Positions 52,101 to 64,000 of a DNA stretch of 64,000 nucleotides are shown in pieces. A model generated the notes under the pieces. It did no database searches, was not told the DNA's origin, and saw nothing but the letters and a program-made list of their open reading frames with translations. Position 1 is the stretch's first letter; each line of letters begins with the position of its first letter. The position numbers and the translations under genes are program-made. This DNA comes from Takakia lepidozioides (lineage: Eukaryota; Plantae; Bryophyta), in NCBI GenBank assembly GCA_030704615.1, contig CM060733.1, positions 70,680,001 through 70,744,000 of the forward strand. The letters are read 5' to 3'.

Positions 52101-54228
52101 GGAAAGACGTGTCCCTGCTGGGCCAAAGTCGGCAAAGGAATCTGCTGCTCTGGAAGAATCCAGAAAGGCAGCTGAGATGGCACAAAAGACGGTGGATGCA
52201 GCTGTGCAGGCCAACAGAAGGGGTCGAAGAAGAGGACTCGCCAGCAAGGAGCAGCTGTTGTGACACCCGCCAAAACGAAGAAGCAGAAACAGCCTGTTCA
52301 GGAAGAGGGTGAGGAAGAGGACTCCGATGGAGACTTTGCAACCAGCCCACCCCCCCAAACGCAGGCTGCCTCCCCTGTGCCCACCGTTGTCACGAGAGGC
52401 ACGAGAACTGGCTCGGCAAAGAAGGCACTCTTCAACCCCCCAGGGGGGCACCCTTTCGAGCCGGTGGAAATGAAGAGGCCGAAAGTGGCTCCCGAAACAG
52501 TAGTCCAGTGTGTAAATGAGAGTTTCTTGGCGGCTTTGGATGGACGGGCAGCCAAGTTGGCATACATGAAGACCATGGAGGGTCTGAAGGGCAGAGCACT
52601 GAAGAAGGCGACTGCCGAAGAGCCTTCCGACACCCCAGGATTTCAGAATATGGTCTCGTTCTTTGAGAGGGTGTGTGCAGACAAGGATTGTAGGAGGGGC
52701 GGAAATGCCACCGAGTGGTCTTGCGATATGATCATCTTGGATATTCCGGACGGAGAGCCTGTGGAAGGACTGCAAGCTTTGCCATCTTGGAACAGGTACT
52801 CGGAGGACTTTTGGAAGAAAGGATTCGGGCTTGCCCGCATGGTGTTGGACGACAGAGGCTGTGTGGTTGTCCTGGCGAGCAGAGGAAAAAAAACACTCAG
52901 ACAGGAATTGCGAAGTGGACCCGCAAGAGCGCCGTCCCGATTCTGAAAAAGAAGTGGACGTGTGCATCAACACACTGGGCCTTCGGTCGGAAGGGAAGAA
53001 GGTGATTACGACACTGGCACTCGTCCATTCATTTGCTTGGGTGTTTCAAATGCGGTGCCGCATTCGGTTTCTAATCGTTTTCCCCCTGTGTATGCAGACG
53101 AAGCAGTTCGATGCATACTGCTTTGTGAAGGAAAACTCCACCTTTGCTTTCCGGAAGGAGGGAGGAAAGGTTGACCCGAACTGCGACCCACTCGATTACG
53201 ACGTTCTGTTCAACAACGTTCCCAAGGAACTTCTCCCTCATAGCCTCACTTCAACGGAACCCCTGCGGTACTCACGGACTCGGAGCCCTGCCTTCATTCA
53301 GACAATTATGGAGACATGCACAGACGTGGAGGGCACAGTGCTCGACCTCATCTGTGGGACAGGTATGCAGAATCTTGATCTCTGCTGTTCTGCAAATTCT
53401 CGTTAGGATGTAGTTCGCAACATCTGAAGCGCCATGTGGTAATGTGTGGATGGCATTGTAACAGGTGCCTCAATGTGGGCTGGGCGGTTTTCCGACCGGC
53501 ACCTCTTTGCCTACGAGGAGGCATCCGTGTGGGGATCCCATCTGGAGGGGCTGCAACGGAATGTGAAGGCTCCCGACAGAGCGGAAGTCTCCTCGGATTC
53601 GTCGGAGTCCGAGGAAGACACAGTGGACATTGATGAGGAGAACCCGGAATACGAGTGAGTGCAAACATTGTAAGTTTGCAAAGCCTTCTGGGTCATTTAT
53701 GTCAAACGAATTTCCCGACTGTGGTTCTCATTAGTCTCGTTGATGATTGTCATGTGCAGGATTGCAGGGTCCGGGTCGAAACATGTAGGGCCTACACTTC
53801 CTGCCAGGAAGAATGTCCCGTTCTTTGCGAGGGCCGACTTCATGACGAGCCCGGTGAGGGACTACTCCCTTCCTAGTTATGCAGCTAAACTCGCAAATAC
53901 AGCGATTAGAAGAAGTGAGAATCCCAGTAAAGTAGAGCAGATTTTGGAGAGGGCTAGGGAGGACAGAAGGATAAGGAAAGAGTTGGCAGCAGCTCAGACA
54001 GGTAGACGGGTACGAAAGTACATATGTGATTCAGCGGATGAGAGCGACGCAGACAGGGAGGAAGACGACCCAACGGAGGTGAGATGGACAGTTCCGCAAG
54101 GGGAAGATGGGATTTTCGAAAGCCTGGCCAACGAGCAGTCCGCTGGAGATGAGAGAGGCACTGAGGGGGTGGAGGAGGAGCAGGACAGTCTAGAACAGGA
54201 TGAGGATTCGGATGATTTTCAAGATTAA
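49123..54228 (+). CDS. Spliced cargo gene: ParB/Srx-like domain plus beta-class N4C/N6A DNA methyltransferase-like domain (contains 1-bp indels)
   Basis: VWDGNHRLLAW (restored by +1 A at about 50410), CDMIILDIPDG (motif IV), LARMVLDDRG and VLDLICGTG|ASMWAGRFSDRHLFAYE (motif I across intron 53363-53464). Other in-frame introns at 50551-50662 and 53655-53759. Confidence 0.8.
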
Positions 54229-54416
54229 TAGAATTTTAATGAAGTCTCTGTAAATGTAAATTCTCTTCCAGAGTATATAAAGAAAATTCTGCCCGACATT
54301 CGTGACCCCTCTCCAGTGTGCATTCCAGCCACACAATCGCCCAAACCACGACGCTCCCAAAATCAGAAATGGGTCAGGGCATTTCCAAAATTTTGGCAAC
54401 TCTAAGAACCTCTTTT

Positions 54417-54930
54417 GGAAATGCGGCACCGCATTTCCAAAACAGGGGAGGGACTAATTTTCCATTTCAATGTTGGCATAGTAAAAAGTAATCTGAATTG
54501 GGAATGCGGTGCCGCATTTCCAAATTGCATTCCATTGTAAAAAAAAGTCGATGACGGACATGGAAATGCGGCGCCGCATTTCCAGAACGGGACATCGCAA
54601 TTTGTCCATTTGCAGACCCTCTCTCGGAAATGCGGTAACGCATTCCATCGCGCTGGTCGGAAATAGGTGCACTTTTCGAAGTGTTGGACGGAAATGCGGC
54701 ACCGCATTCCCTTGTCCAAAAAGAAGTTTCCATTGCCAAGCTGGAAATGCGTCGCCGCATTTGCAATGCCAACCTCGTTTCTGATCAATTTATAGACCCG
54801 TGTTGGTATTTCGTGTACCTGGACGGAATGATGCACCGCACATGCCCGCTTTCCGACATGGAAATGCATTTCGCGACATGGAAATGCGGCGCCGCATTTC
54901 CGACATGGAAATGCGGTGCCGCATTTCAAT
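54417..54930. repeat. Second cluster of the GGAAATGCGGNNCCGCATTTCC palindrome, downstream of the cargo gene
   Basis: About 9-10 copies, e.g. at 54417, 54501, 54562, 54690, 54880 and 54907. Confidence 0.9.
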
Positions 54931-55249
54931 GTCCGACATGGCGTTACTCTGGTATATTCTTGACACATGACTCACATACCGGTTACTGCTTTATTCAACC
55001 AGACAGACAATTGTAGAAATGAGACATCAAATTGTAAACAGTGGGCCAATCCGAGAGTTATTCAACACAATGAAACACAGTCATACAGAAGTGAGGTACA
55101 TTCCAGGGCACACTCCAGGGCACATTTAAATTTCCCCCGTACAGGATCCTGGACCGATGAAGATTGGCTGCTGCATGAATGTAGCCGTTTCAGTTTCCTA
55201 CCCTGCCATGCAAACTATGGGCAGTCACTGCCAGGTGGGCCGATAGCCA

Positions 55250-56098
55250 CTGGACACGACGAAGTCCATCCCCTCTTCGATGTAAATGCGGCGCCGAATT
55301 TCCATCCGGGGGGATGGACTTCGGTGGCAGATCTCAAACTATAACTTGTTGATGAGAAAGATGTATGGTTCATCCACCGCTGGCGTGATGAACACGTTCC
55401 ACCTCCGTCGGTGGGTACGTGTGACCCAGATGCTCCATTTTGGAGGCCGGACTGCTCTTCCGCTTCGTATCTTTTCCAAAATCTAAGGGCTTCGTAGCTG
55501 TCCGCAAGGTCATCGGCATCCAAGTCGTCCTCAGGTCCTCCTTTGCAAGGATGCCGTGCTTCCGGAACCGGGACGACTGCCCCTTTGGAGGCATCGATTA
55601 TGCAATGTATTCGGCCACATCGGGAGACATTGTTATCTGGTACACAGATTACACAGAAGATACTGGTTCGATTGTGGAAACATTGGTGGCTTTTGAGTAT
55701 ATCGTAGGCCACTACGCCTCGAGCGGGGTGACGATCTTGGTCTGAGGAGTCCGTGGCGCGATTCCGATTTTCCCAGCTACGACGGTCACCCATGCAGAAG
55801 AAGGCGCACTGCTATGCTGCGGTGGAACTGCTGCCACTGGACGTGGGTGGACTCCATCGGAGAGACCTATTCTCCTCGAGGAGTGCGCTCCTCTTCTCCA
55901 TTGTATGGGGACATTCGCATTGGTGTGGACGACGAAAACGTGAAGATTTCCATATTCGATGGTGGTATGATTGAAGGGCAGGACATTGTGGTGAACATCA
56001 CTAGGGGCGGTACAACGGCTGCAATCGACTTTACATGGAGGAGCCCCATGACTCATGAGCTAGTTCTGAGAGCAGTCGAAGTCCCATTGACAACGTGA
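55250..56098 (+). pseudogene. Putative third ORF of the MULE, unknown function, frameshifted
   Basis: Successive protein-like frames (55440-55745, 55753-55860, 55814-56098) ending in TGA at 56098; no motif recognised. Confidence 0.35.
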
Positions 56099-57397
56099 CT
56101 TGTATTCAGTAGGCACAGGGCTCAAGATTTGATGGCACAATCAGCACAGTAGACGTGCTTCAAATGCAATTCATGTGGATCAATAAAAACCTCATTGTGC
56201 CCTCTTTTTATTCTATTCTGTGTCCATCGTTCCGAGAATGCGTCATTGCTCATTTCGTTTGGGATTGGGAGTGTGGGTGGATTTTGCAAATGGCTGGTAG
56301 GCTGAAATGGGCCCCCATTGTACAGAGCAGTACCACCCTACCATTCGCGAAACATTGCCTTTCAATATATAATTCTAAATAACATTGCCGAACCTCCTTC
56401 ATCGGGAGGTCCTTCTCCCCCTATGACCGTGGCACCCTAAACCCTATTCCCGCGGACACTCATTTCCGGAAAATAGTGCTGCTCATGTTTTTTTCCACAC
56501 TTACGACTCTGCTCATGGCTCATGCCGCTCATGGCTCATGGCTCATGAAATAGCAGCCCCCCAGTGTAGCATCCCTTTTAACCTAACAGTAAACACCTGT
56601 TATAGTCGGAACTGACTATAACAGTTCCCCAGTCAGTAGTACTCCCAGCATTCTTGTTTTAGGCCCTAGGTATACCAATTGATATAGTCGGAGCCAACTA
56701 TAGCAGTTTGCAGTTTGCAGATGTGTATCTTGACTGACTGATATGCCTTATTCGTTTCCCCGGGTTTTGGTATGAGCAGTTATAGTCGGAGCCGACTGTA
56801 ATTACACGTTCGTAGTCTTCTTCCAAACCTCTAGTACATTCCCAGATACTAATCAGTGAGCGAATCAGTAGTAGTGCCAGGTGAGAATGTTGAATTTCTC
56901 TTCACCTGTTCATAGGATAGGGCGTGTGCGGATTTTATCTCGTCAATGAATATTATGCAAATTCCTCCAATTTCCCTTTTTATTTTGGAGGGGGCCCAAA
57001 AATTGGGCCCACACTCAACGTTGGCGTTTCTGTGATTTTTGCCTGATTGGCCTCAAAATTGCCAGGTGTCTACGAGGGGTATGTACGAGCACAATGTCCG
57101 GTCAATTTTCCCAATTTTTTTTTTTTGCCAAGATATGTGTATTTTTCTAAGCTGGGGTCAACATTTTTCATAAAGCCCTTGTTGCAGGACTTTATTAGGG
57201 CCCGAGGGCGTGGGAATCTTGATTCGCGTAAAGCCCGAGTTATAGGACTTTAACTCACGTAAAACTGCATAAACTACCTGCCTATATGCCCGCAATCTGA
57301 GATTAGGGGCCCAACCCATGGGCTCCATGGCGTAACAGGACAAGCGGGATTTTATGCTATTTAAAGCCCACCAAAACTACACTAACTAGGTTTTTAC

Positions 57398-58291
57398 CAA
57401 TGGTGTGCGGGTCCGGGTTTTGACCCCGGGTACTCCACAGTTTAGGATCCGGGTTACCCGGACCCGTGCTATCAGCAAAATCCCGGACCCTGACCCAGAT
57501 TCATTTCTAAAATGAACCCGGAACCGGACCCGCCTGCTGGGTCCAGAACCCAGTAAACCCGCTATCTGCGGGCAAGTGTTGGTCAGGATCCAGGTCGTAA
57601 TATCAGGTGGGGCATGCGGGGTCCACCTTAGATGTGGTAGGTTGTGCAATGTGTTGAGCAATAGGCCGCTGCAGCAGCCTGCCCGCCCCCACCAAGTTAT
57701 AGCCCACTGGTAATGGCCACATACCACCTCAAAAGTGGTTGTGGGTTCAATCCACGGATTGGTGTGACAAAGGTGTGCCCCTTCAGTCGAGTGACACCAT
57801 AATTTATGCCTCCCGAAGGAAGCGGCGTCATGTATTATTACTATGAGGCTGGCTCCCACACATCCATGCTATAGTGATCTATGAGCCTTGAGGCATATTA
57901 CTATTGTTAACATGTTTCAAAATTGGTATTGAAGAATGGAACTCAATTTCTATTTTAATTCTTGTGTTAAATGAGCAATACATATTGAAGGAATGTGTCT
58001 TAAAATAAAATTCAGTATTAGGATTTAATTTTATTTCAGCCAAAAATAATTTTATCCCTAATTAATCTTATTTTTCTAATTTATTTAATAAATTAACTAG
58101 GACCTGTGAACCCCTAATATTTTCCAACAACTAACCCGGACTCGGACCGGAGTCCGTGTTGAGAAACCCGGACCCGGACCCAGTCCTGGATTTTTCAAAT
58201 TTCAAAAAGCCGGATCCGGACCCGGACTACGCTCCAAAAAAATACCCGGACCCGGTGGGTTCCTTAAAAGGGCACAACCCGCACAACACTG
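57398..58291. mobile_element. Non-autonomous hAT element (MITE-like)
   Basis: TIRs CAATGGTGTGCGGG and CCCGCACAACACTG; 8-bp TSD GTTTTTAC (57390-57397, 58292-58299); CCGGACCC subterminal repeats. Confidence 0.9.
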
Positions 58292-58478
58292 GTTTTTACG
58301 GGTTAATGGAATTCAGGGCCACCACTCCGTTTGGAAAGCAAAACAAACAAACTTGAGTGTTGTTACAGTCCAACTGTGGGTTAGCGGGTAGTTCCCTGTT
58401 TGTAGGTGTATCGTTCTACCAGGCCATGGATTATCGGTCGAGTGTGAACTGGTGTGAACCCAAAATGTGAGAGAGACG

Positions 58479-58515
58479 GCAACGTGGCGAGCGCATGGGG
58501 CAGGCGCCACGTTGC
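58479..58515. promoter_or_regulatory. Pair of ABREs (ACGTGGC) in inverted orientation upstream of the LEA gene
   Basis: GCAACGTGGCG (58479-58489) and CGCCACGTTGC (58505-58515); TATA-like CTATAA near 58626. Confidence 0.7.
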
Positions 58516-58818
58516 TGGATGGCAGGACGTCAGCGTCCACGAGGCTGCAGTGCAGAATGCCACCTGGATGAGAGTGCTGCATGGTGACGGGGCGCATCGC
58601 TGGGGAAGGCTGGCCTCACACTGCGCTATAACTCAGCTCGCTTCAGAGAGCCTTTCAACAATCAGTTTCAACAGTTCGGGATCTCACAGGGTCTCGCCGA
58701 TCTGCCCAGTCTCTTGCTCGGTTGTTTACCTCTTGAGCATTTCCCTTTAGCGTGCTTGGATTTTCCCTATCGAGACATTCTGTGGAGAGAGAGAGAGAGA
58801 GTTGGGCGGCACGAAAAT

Positions 58819-60267
58819 ATGGGTGTAAGGAGGACTTTGTTGTTGTTGTTGGCTGTTTGCCTTGTTTCCAGCCTCGTCTACGCGAGTGAGACTGTGGGTG
58901 AGACTGTAAGTGAGAAAGTGCAGGAGGGTGGGGATGTTACCAAGGAACAAGTAGAACAAGCACAAAAAACCGCTACAGACACCGCTACTGGGGTCAAGGA
59001 GGGTGCCAAGTCATGGGGTGAATGGACCACTGAAAAGCTTCAAGATCAACTGCATGTCATAACTGATGCCGTGACTGGGTGAGCTTTCATTACCTCTCAT
59101 ATAATGTATGCTGACGGTTGTCTGTGATTGCATTCACTCCGCTGCTTTGATCCTGTAAATTCTGCTTTCCTCTAGCGTGCATATCGGTTCTTGTCTCCAT
59201 GGGTTGGGGGAAACAGTCGATTTCTTTGTTTGAGGTGTTTCTTGGTCGATGGCTTGCAGGAAAGCTAGTGACCATTATGCAAGTGCAAAGGAAACTGCTG
59301 GACAGAAGGCAGAGAAAGGAAAGCAGGCTACACATGATATGACGAAACAGGCGTCTGACCGAGCTGCCAGTGCCAAGGACAAGGTTACTGAAACTGCCTC
59401 AGGTACCTAGATTGTTACTTTCAAGATCGAACTCAGATTTACAGATCTGTCACATGACAGTTTGTGATCAATCGATTGCATAATTTTAAAATTTGCAGCA
59501 TTCATGTATCATTGTCTTTCTGAACTCCCCAAGGGACCTATTTGAGGATGGATACTGCAGACACAGTGGGAAGAGTGTGTACATATACATGAGTAAGCTC
59601 GGGCAGTAACGATTGCTAGCTTTATGTGAAGTTATGTGTAATTCCTGATATTAGTTGGATAAAATTCTTTCTCGAGGACACTCTGATTTGTTCGTTTCAG
59701 TCAAAAATCATAGTCATGACGAAGTAGCCCGGATGTTTCACAGTTGCTCGAGATGGCTCGAAAACCTAAGTGGGTTGGATTTCTTGTTGCAGTATATTGG
59801 AAGAGCTTATACTCCCGCATCCAACTTATCCAAGATAGTCTTGTCAAATTCACAAAAGGTAGATAGCTTCGTCGAATTTGAACAATACTATGTATCTTCA
59901 TATGTGCCAAGAGAAATAATGCTCCTCCTATTGTACGTAATTCGTTTCCCCAACTAAGCGGGACGGGTGTTTATCATCAGCGATGTGTATTTTGTATTTT
60001 GATCAAAGCTATTGGTTGATATGTGTAGATGCGTCTGCGACTGGAAAGGACAAGACGTTGGAGACAGCTCAGAGCATCAAGGACAAGGCACAAAGCGCTT
60101 ACGATGCAGCTGCTGGAACAGCACAAGAGACAGTGCAGGGTAGCAAGCAGAAGTTGGGTGAAAATTATGAAACTGCTAAGAATGTTGTGGGTGAAACAGC
60201 AGAAGTAGCTCAAAAGAAAGTTGCTGATATTGGGGAGGAATTGAAGAAAAGTCACGAAGAATTGTAA
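58819..60267 (+). CDS. Late embryogenesis abundant (group 3-like) protein with signal peptide and ER-retention signal HEEL
   Basis: Exons 58819-59078, 59260-59402 and 60029-60267 join in frame via GT-AG introns. Hydrophobic N-terminus, A/T/K/E-rich repeats, SWGEWTTEKL motif and C-terminal HEEL. Confidence 0.88.
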
Positions 60268-60719
60268 ATGGATTTTGCAACACTCAAGACGCGTTGGTTC
60301 ATGATGGTTTAACTACAGTGTACGCGTTCCTCATTACTTTCTGAGACGATGTATGTGCATTGTAGGTAAAATAAGTACATAAAAGATTGAAAAGTGTTTC
60401 GACTGCTAATGGCCAACAGAATCTGTAGAGAAAAGGCAGAGCTTACAATGTGAGATGACCCCACCACCTTCGCATTCTTGGGTGTCCTTCTGATCAATTT
60501 AAACATTTTGCTTAAGTTCAATTCCTCACACTAAAGAATTTTAGTTCCTAATTTTTCGTCACTGTCTCCGTCACTAACGCAACTTTCGCCTCACATCATG
60601 CATAGGACCTTTCAACACCTTTGTACACTACTCCGTCCCCACAGTCCTGGTTAATGAATACTTCCGACGTTTCTCCTCCTTGTAGCTCAGATTACCTGAA
60701 CGTACGTCACCTAGCACCT

Positions 60720-61950
60720 CAGAATGAGAAATGCCCTATCTGATAACCGTGTGTTAAACATTTTAATTAATGCTTACAAAGTAAAAATGAACAATTGTTG
60801 CACCAAGGCAATATATTCCAACCCTACCTTCAAAAAAAATTTCCAATTGCACATTCATGTGTGCACAAACAGTAAACCTACCCAAAACGATGATTTGCCC
60901 AAAAGTGGCACTTGAATTAATGATAAATCTCTTACACCTTCTGAAAACCTCCTTGTTGCAACTTAAGCTTCTTTCACAAATGGCAAATGTTGCGTCCACC
61001 AATGAATATGCCTTTATTTGGCAAAATTTAAAACATCACTATTATCTCATACCGTTTGCTCCTGTGCTGGAGAATGTATAAATGTACAAACCAATTGTAA
61101 TCTTCATGGACACTTGGAGAGTTAACATAAGGGCAATAATAGGATTATGCAACCTGCTTCTTATAAACGAGGTATTGCATGAAGCCAAGAGGTCTCTCAT
61201 GCTAGACTTTGAGAAAATATTTGATAATATTGATTGGGCCTTCCTGCATAAAGTCATGGAAAAGATGGGCTTGCCATACTCCATTTCTGCCATGATCGCC
61301 TTGGGGACAAGAGTTAGGTCTCAAGTGGCTCCACCCAGCTACGGCGCATACTCTCCTGGGTTTCTAAGTAGCAATCGGGCTCTCCGAGGACTAAAGGTGT
61401 GAGCCAATTCTACAAAAGCTACGTAAAAAGTTGGCCTTTTGAAGTTCCGTTATGCTCTCCCTAGCTGGCAGAGCCTTAGTTCTTAATCAAATCTTGTTGG
61501 CTTCTATCTAGTTCTCAACTTCTGTTTGGTCCCCGGGTTCTAAGTTGGTCAGCAAAATTAAATCTTTGATGCGTAACTTTCTCTGCGGTGGTCTCCTGGG
61601 CGCAGCTCTTTAGGCCCAAGAAAGAAGGAGAGTTAGGCATCATTAATCCCTCCCTGCAGATTTCCGCCCTCCTAGTCAAATAGATACCAAGGGCTCTTAG
61701 GCATGGCGATAGTCCCTAGTGCAACTTGGTGAGAGCCCACTCAGTGGATTCTACACCTCTCACCTCCTCCTTTTGGGCTCCTTCTTTGAGGTGGTTGATC
61801 CACGGATCAGCAAAATCAAGATGCACAGGGAGTGCCGCCTGGAGGTCTATATGGGCTGCTTGGCTGTCGATCAGGCCTCACCTGTTTCAATGAAGGGCGC
61901 TTTGTTTTGAGGAGGCAATCCGCCAACCATTGTTCGGAAACAACAATCTG
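60720..61950 (+). mobile_element. Degenerate L1-type LINE reverse transcriptase fragment
   Basis: MLDFEKIFDNIDWAFLHKVMEKMGL, LMRNFL and PKKEGELGI remnants. Confidence 0.7.
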
Positions 61951-62408
61951 GACTACACCCCCTTCATCACTCTTCACAAGAAATAGGCCACTTGGGAGTC
62001 CAAGAAATGAGTTTGTTTGTTGTACTTGAGAAATTTTGATTCCATGAGCACCAAAACCAAATAGTTTGAAACATAGCAGCTATGCTCATGTGAGCTGTTG
62101 TGAAGCCGTAAAGGTACAGAAACTTGCAGTAAGGAAAAATGGTTTATATCATAGGCAAACAAAAATTATGTGCTTATATGTTCCCCAAGTACAAGTGAAG
62201 TAAACACCTTTGCACATGTACAAAGTTTACGGTTTCTGTAACATTTCTCCAGGGTCGACTAATCATCTTTGGTCTGTGTTAGTTTTCTAGGTACACTGCT
62301 ATACCATGGTTCTTGCGTTACCCCCTTAGCAGACTTCAACTTGACCCAAGAGAATGGACTTGGATGGATGTCAAGAAAACACCTCTCCTCGGGTACAAAG
62401 TCAAGATT

Positions 62409-63132
62409 TGTCGCGGCCCTTTGCCTCGAGGGCAGGGGGGTCGGGACACAAGAGGGGCTGCCCCTGTGGTGGGGGCAGTGGCAGCGATAGGTATGGGGGG
62501 GCTGAAGCACCCTTGAGTGCCCAAGGCACTCAAGGAGGCGGAGGCGCTCACTAGGTGGAGCCCCGCACACCGGGTTGCGGTGGGGGTGGCTCCACAAGGG
62601 GTGGTGGTAGCTTAGCGGGACTTAGTGGGGGTGGCATAGGACTCACCCTGGGGCGGAGACCTCGTGGTGGGAGTCGTGGGGAGTCTTGGGACTCATCACG
62701 GTCCATAGGGGCCGTGGTGGGTGGGCCAAGACTCACCGCGACTCATCACCGGGAGTCGAGGGTGTTTGTGGTGGTTCGCCATAAAATGGCATGGTTGTTG
62801 TGAAACCCCCGCGGACAGCTACAGAAGTATATATAGGGAGTAGTAACCCCGAGAACGGTGCAAGCCCGTTGGTGACCAAAACTAGTGAGTAAGCGAGCGA
62901 GCCGGAAAGCGACCAAAGAGTGGGGAGCTGTTTCCGGACTGCCAACTACCAAAGGGAATTCTGCTGGTTCCAAATCGTTGGAGGGTTCTTTGGGAGATCA
63001 AGGGGGGGACCGTTATGTCCCGGTGAGCAGCCGAAGCTCCAAGTTGGCCCGGCGGCCAGGTTGGGAGTTAGGCGCGCATCAAGCGAGTAACTATGACTTG
63101 AGGGGGAGCTTACCGAAGTGAGGTGCGCGACA
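62409..63132 (+). repeat. 5' LTR of a second Ty3/gypsy element
   Basis: Inverted ends TGTCGCG...CGCGACA, followed by the iMet PBS TGGTATCAGAGC (63135-63146). Confidence 0.85.
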
Positions 63133-63187
63133 CTTGGTATCAGAGCTTAGAGTTCAGTACGCGATCGTCCTTGGGATTGGCCTCATC

Positions 63188-64000
63188 ATGGGGTCGGGCA
63201 AGCCAAAGCGAAGCGGAACGGCCCAAAAGATGATGATCCTGGTGAGCCCGATGGGGGCGACGTGTCACCGAGGCGGCCGTTTGAGGAAGCGATGCATGTT
63301 TCCAAAAACGAGGCCGCTCAAGAGCGGGAGGAATCTGAGGAGTCGGAGCCTGAGGAATCCCTGAGAGCTCCGACCGACCAACAGATGCCTCCATGCCGGC
63401 AGCCTTTTGGGAAGGGTTGTTGGCGCAATTTGGCGGGACGTTGAAAGACGTGTTGAAGGCGGCTAATGCCACTTCCACTAAGGCAAAGTTTAAGGTGAAG
63501 CCGAAGGAACCCGACACCTTGAGGGCGTCCAAAATCGGAAGGCACTCAACACCTGGCTCTTGGAGCTGGAGCAGTACTTCCGGGCGGCCAAGTTGAGTGA
63601 CGAGGATCGGGTGGAAGTGGCTCCCACCTATTTGAGGGGCTATGCTCAACAATGTGGCAGAAACGCCTTCACGACCGAGGTCCAAGCCGGAAACCTTGAA
63701 CTGGAGTGGGTTCAAGGAATTGATGAAGAGGCAGTTTGTGCCCCTCAACGCGTCCTGGCTGCCCGGGACAAGATGAGGAATTTGAAGCAAACAGATGACA
63801 TTCGGGGATATGTCCAGGCTTTCAATGTGCTGTTGCTCGAAGTCGCGGACATGGCAGAACCAGAAATGGTCTTCAACTTTGTGGGGACTGGCCCCATGGG
63901 CCAGGCGAAGTTGGAGGAGAAGCCACCTAAGACTTTGAACGAGGCAATTGAGAGGGCTGAATGTTTCTCGGATGTCCCTAGGGGTGAAAGACAAGGCCGT
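63188..64000 (+). pseudogene. Chromovirus-type gypsy gag (frameshifted, runs off the window)
   Basis: KVKPKEPDT..WLLELEQYF..TYLRGYA..LNWSGFKELMKRQFVP..LKQT..YVQAF..PKTLNEAIERAE. Confidence 0.8.

Larger units (their letters stand above)
42322..56561. mobile_element. Full-length Mutator-like DNA transposon (14.2 kb) with cargo genes
   Basis: 8-bp TSD CAGTGTAG (42314-42321, 56562-56569). Imperfect TIRs GAGATTTACTATTTCATGAG and CTCATGAAATAGCAGCCCCC with ATGAGCC subterminal repeats; internal MULE transposase. Confidence 0.92.

Noticed and set aside
51969-52973. 334-aa minus-strand ORF
   Set aside because: Antisense to the ParB-MTase exons; no motifs recognised.
63140-63994. 284-aa minus-strand ORF
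   Set aside because: Antisense shadow of the frameshifted gag.

Overview
This is eukaryotic DNA, very likely from a non-seed land plant. About 90% of the window is a nested stack of transposons, and there is only one clear host gene: a 3-exon ER-targeted LEA gene at 58819-60267 with ABREs upstream. A Ty3/gypsy element on the minus strand (6483-36690) is interrupted by a 17.8-kb CACTA element (11776-29610, TSD TAC). A second CACTA element ends inside the gypsy left LTR at 6482. The most notable feature is a 14.2-kb Mutator-like element (42322-56561, 8-bp TSD CAGTGTAG). Opposite its GCM-like/MULE-DDE/SWIM transposase it carries a spliced cargo gene encoding a ParB/Srx-like domain (DGNHR) fused to a beta-class N4C/N6A DNA methyltransferase fold. 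Its non-coding DNA carries about 45 copies of a 22-bp palindrome (GGAAATGCGGNNCCGCATTTCC), and in the main array these are spaced at whole helical turns. The element it inserted into has a second, decayed ParB-like gene and a different palindrome. A third related terminus has its own palindrome array. Together these suggest a family-specific ParB/parS-like epigenetic module in plant MULEs (inference). The large CACTA separately carries a SET-domain-like cargo exon. Also present are LINE, Penelope-like, hAT MITE and short (TC)n-tailed retroposon insertions, and the start of a chromovirus-type gypsy element at the right edge. All domain calls come from recognising motifs by eye; no database search was run.
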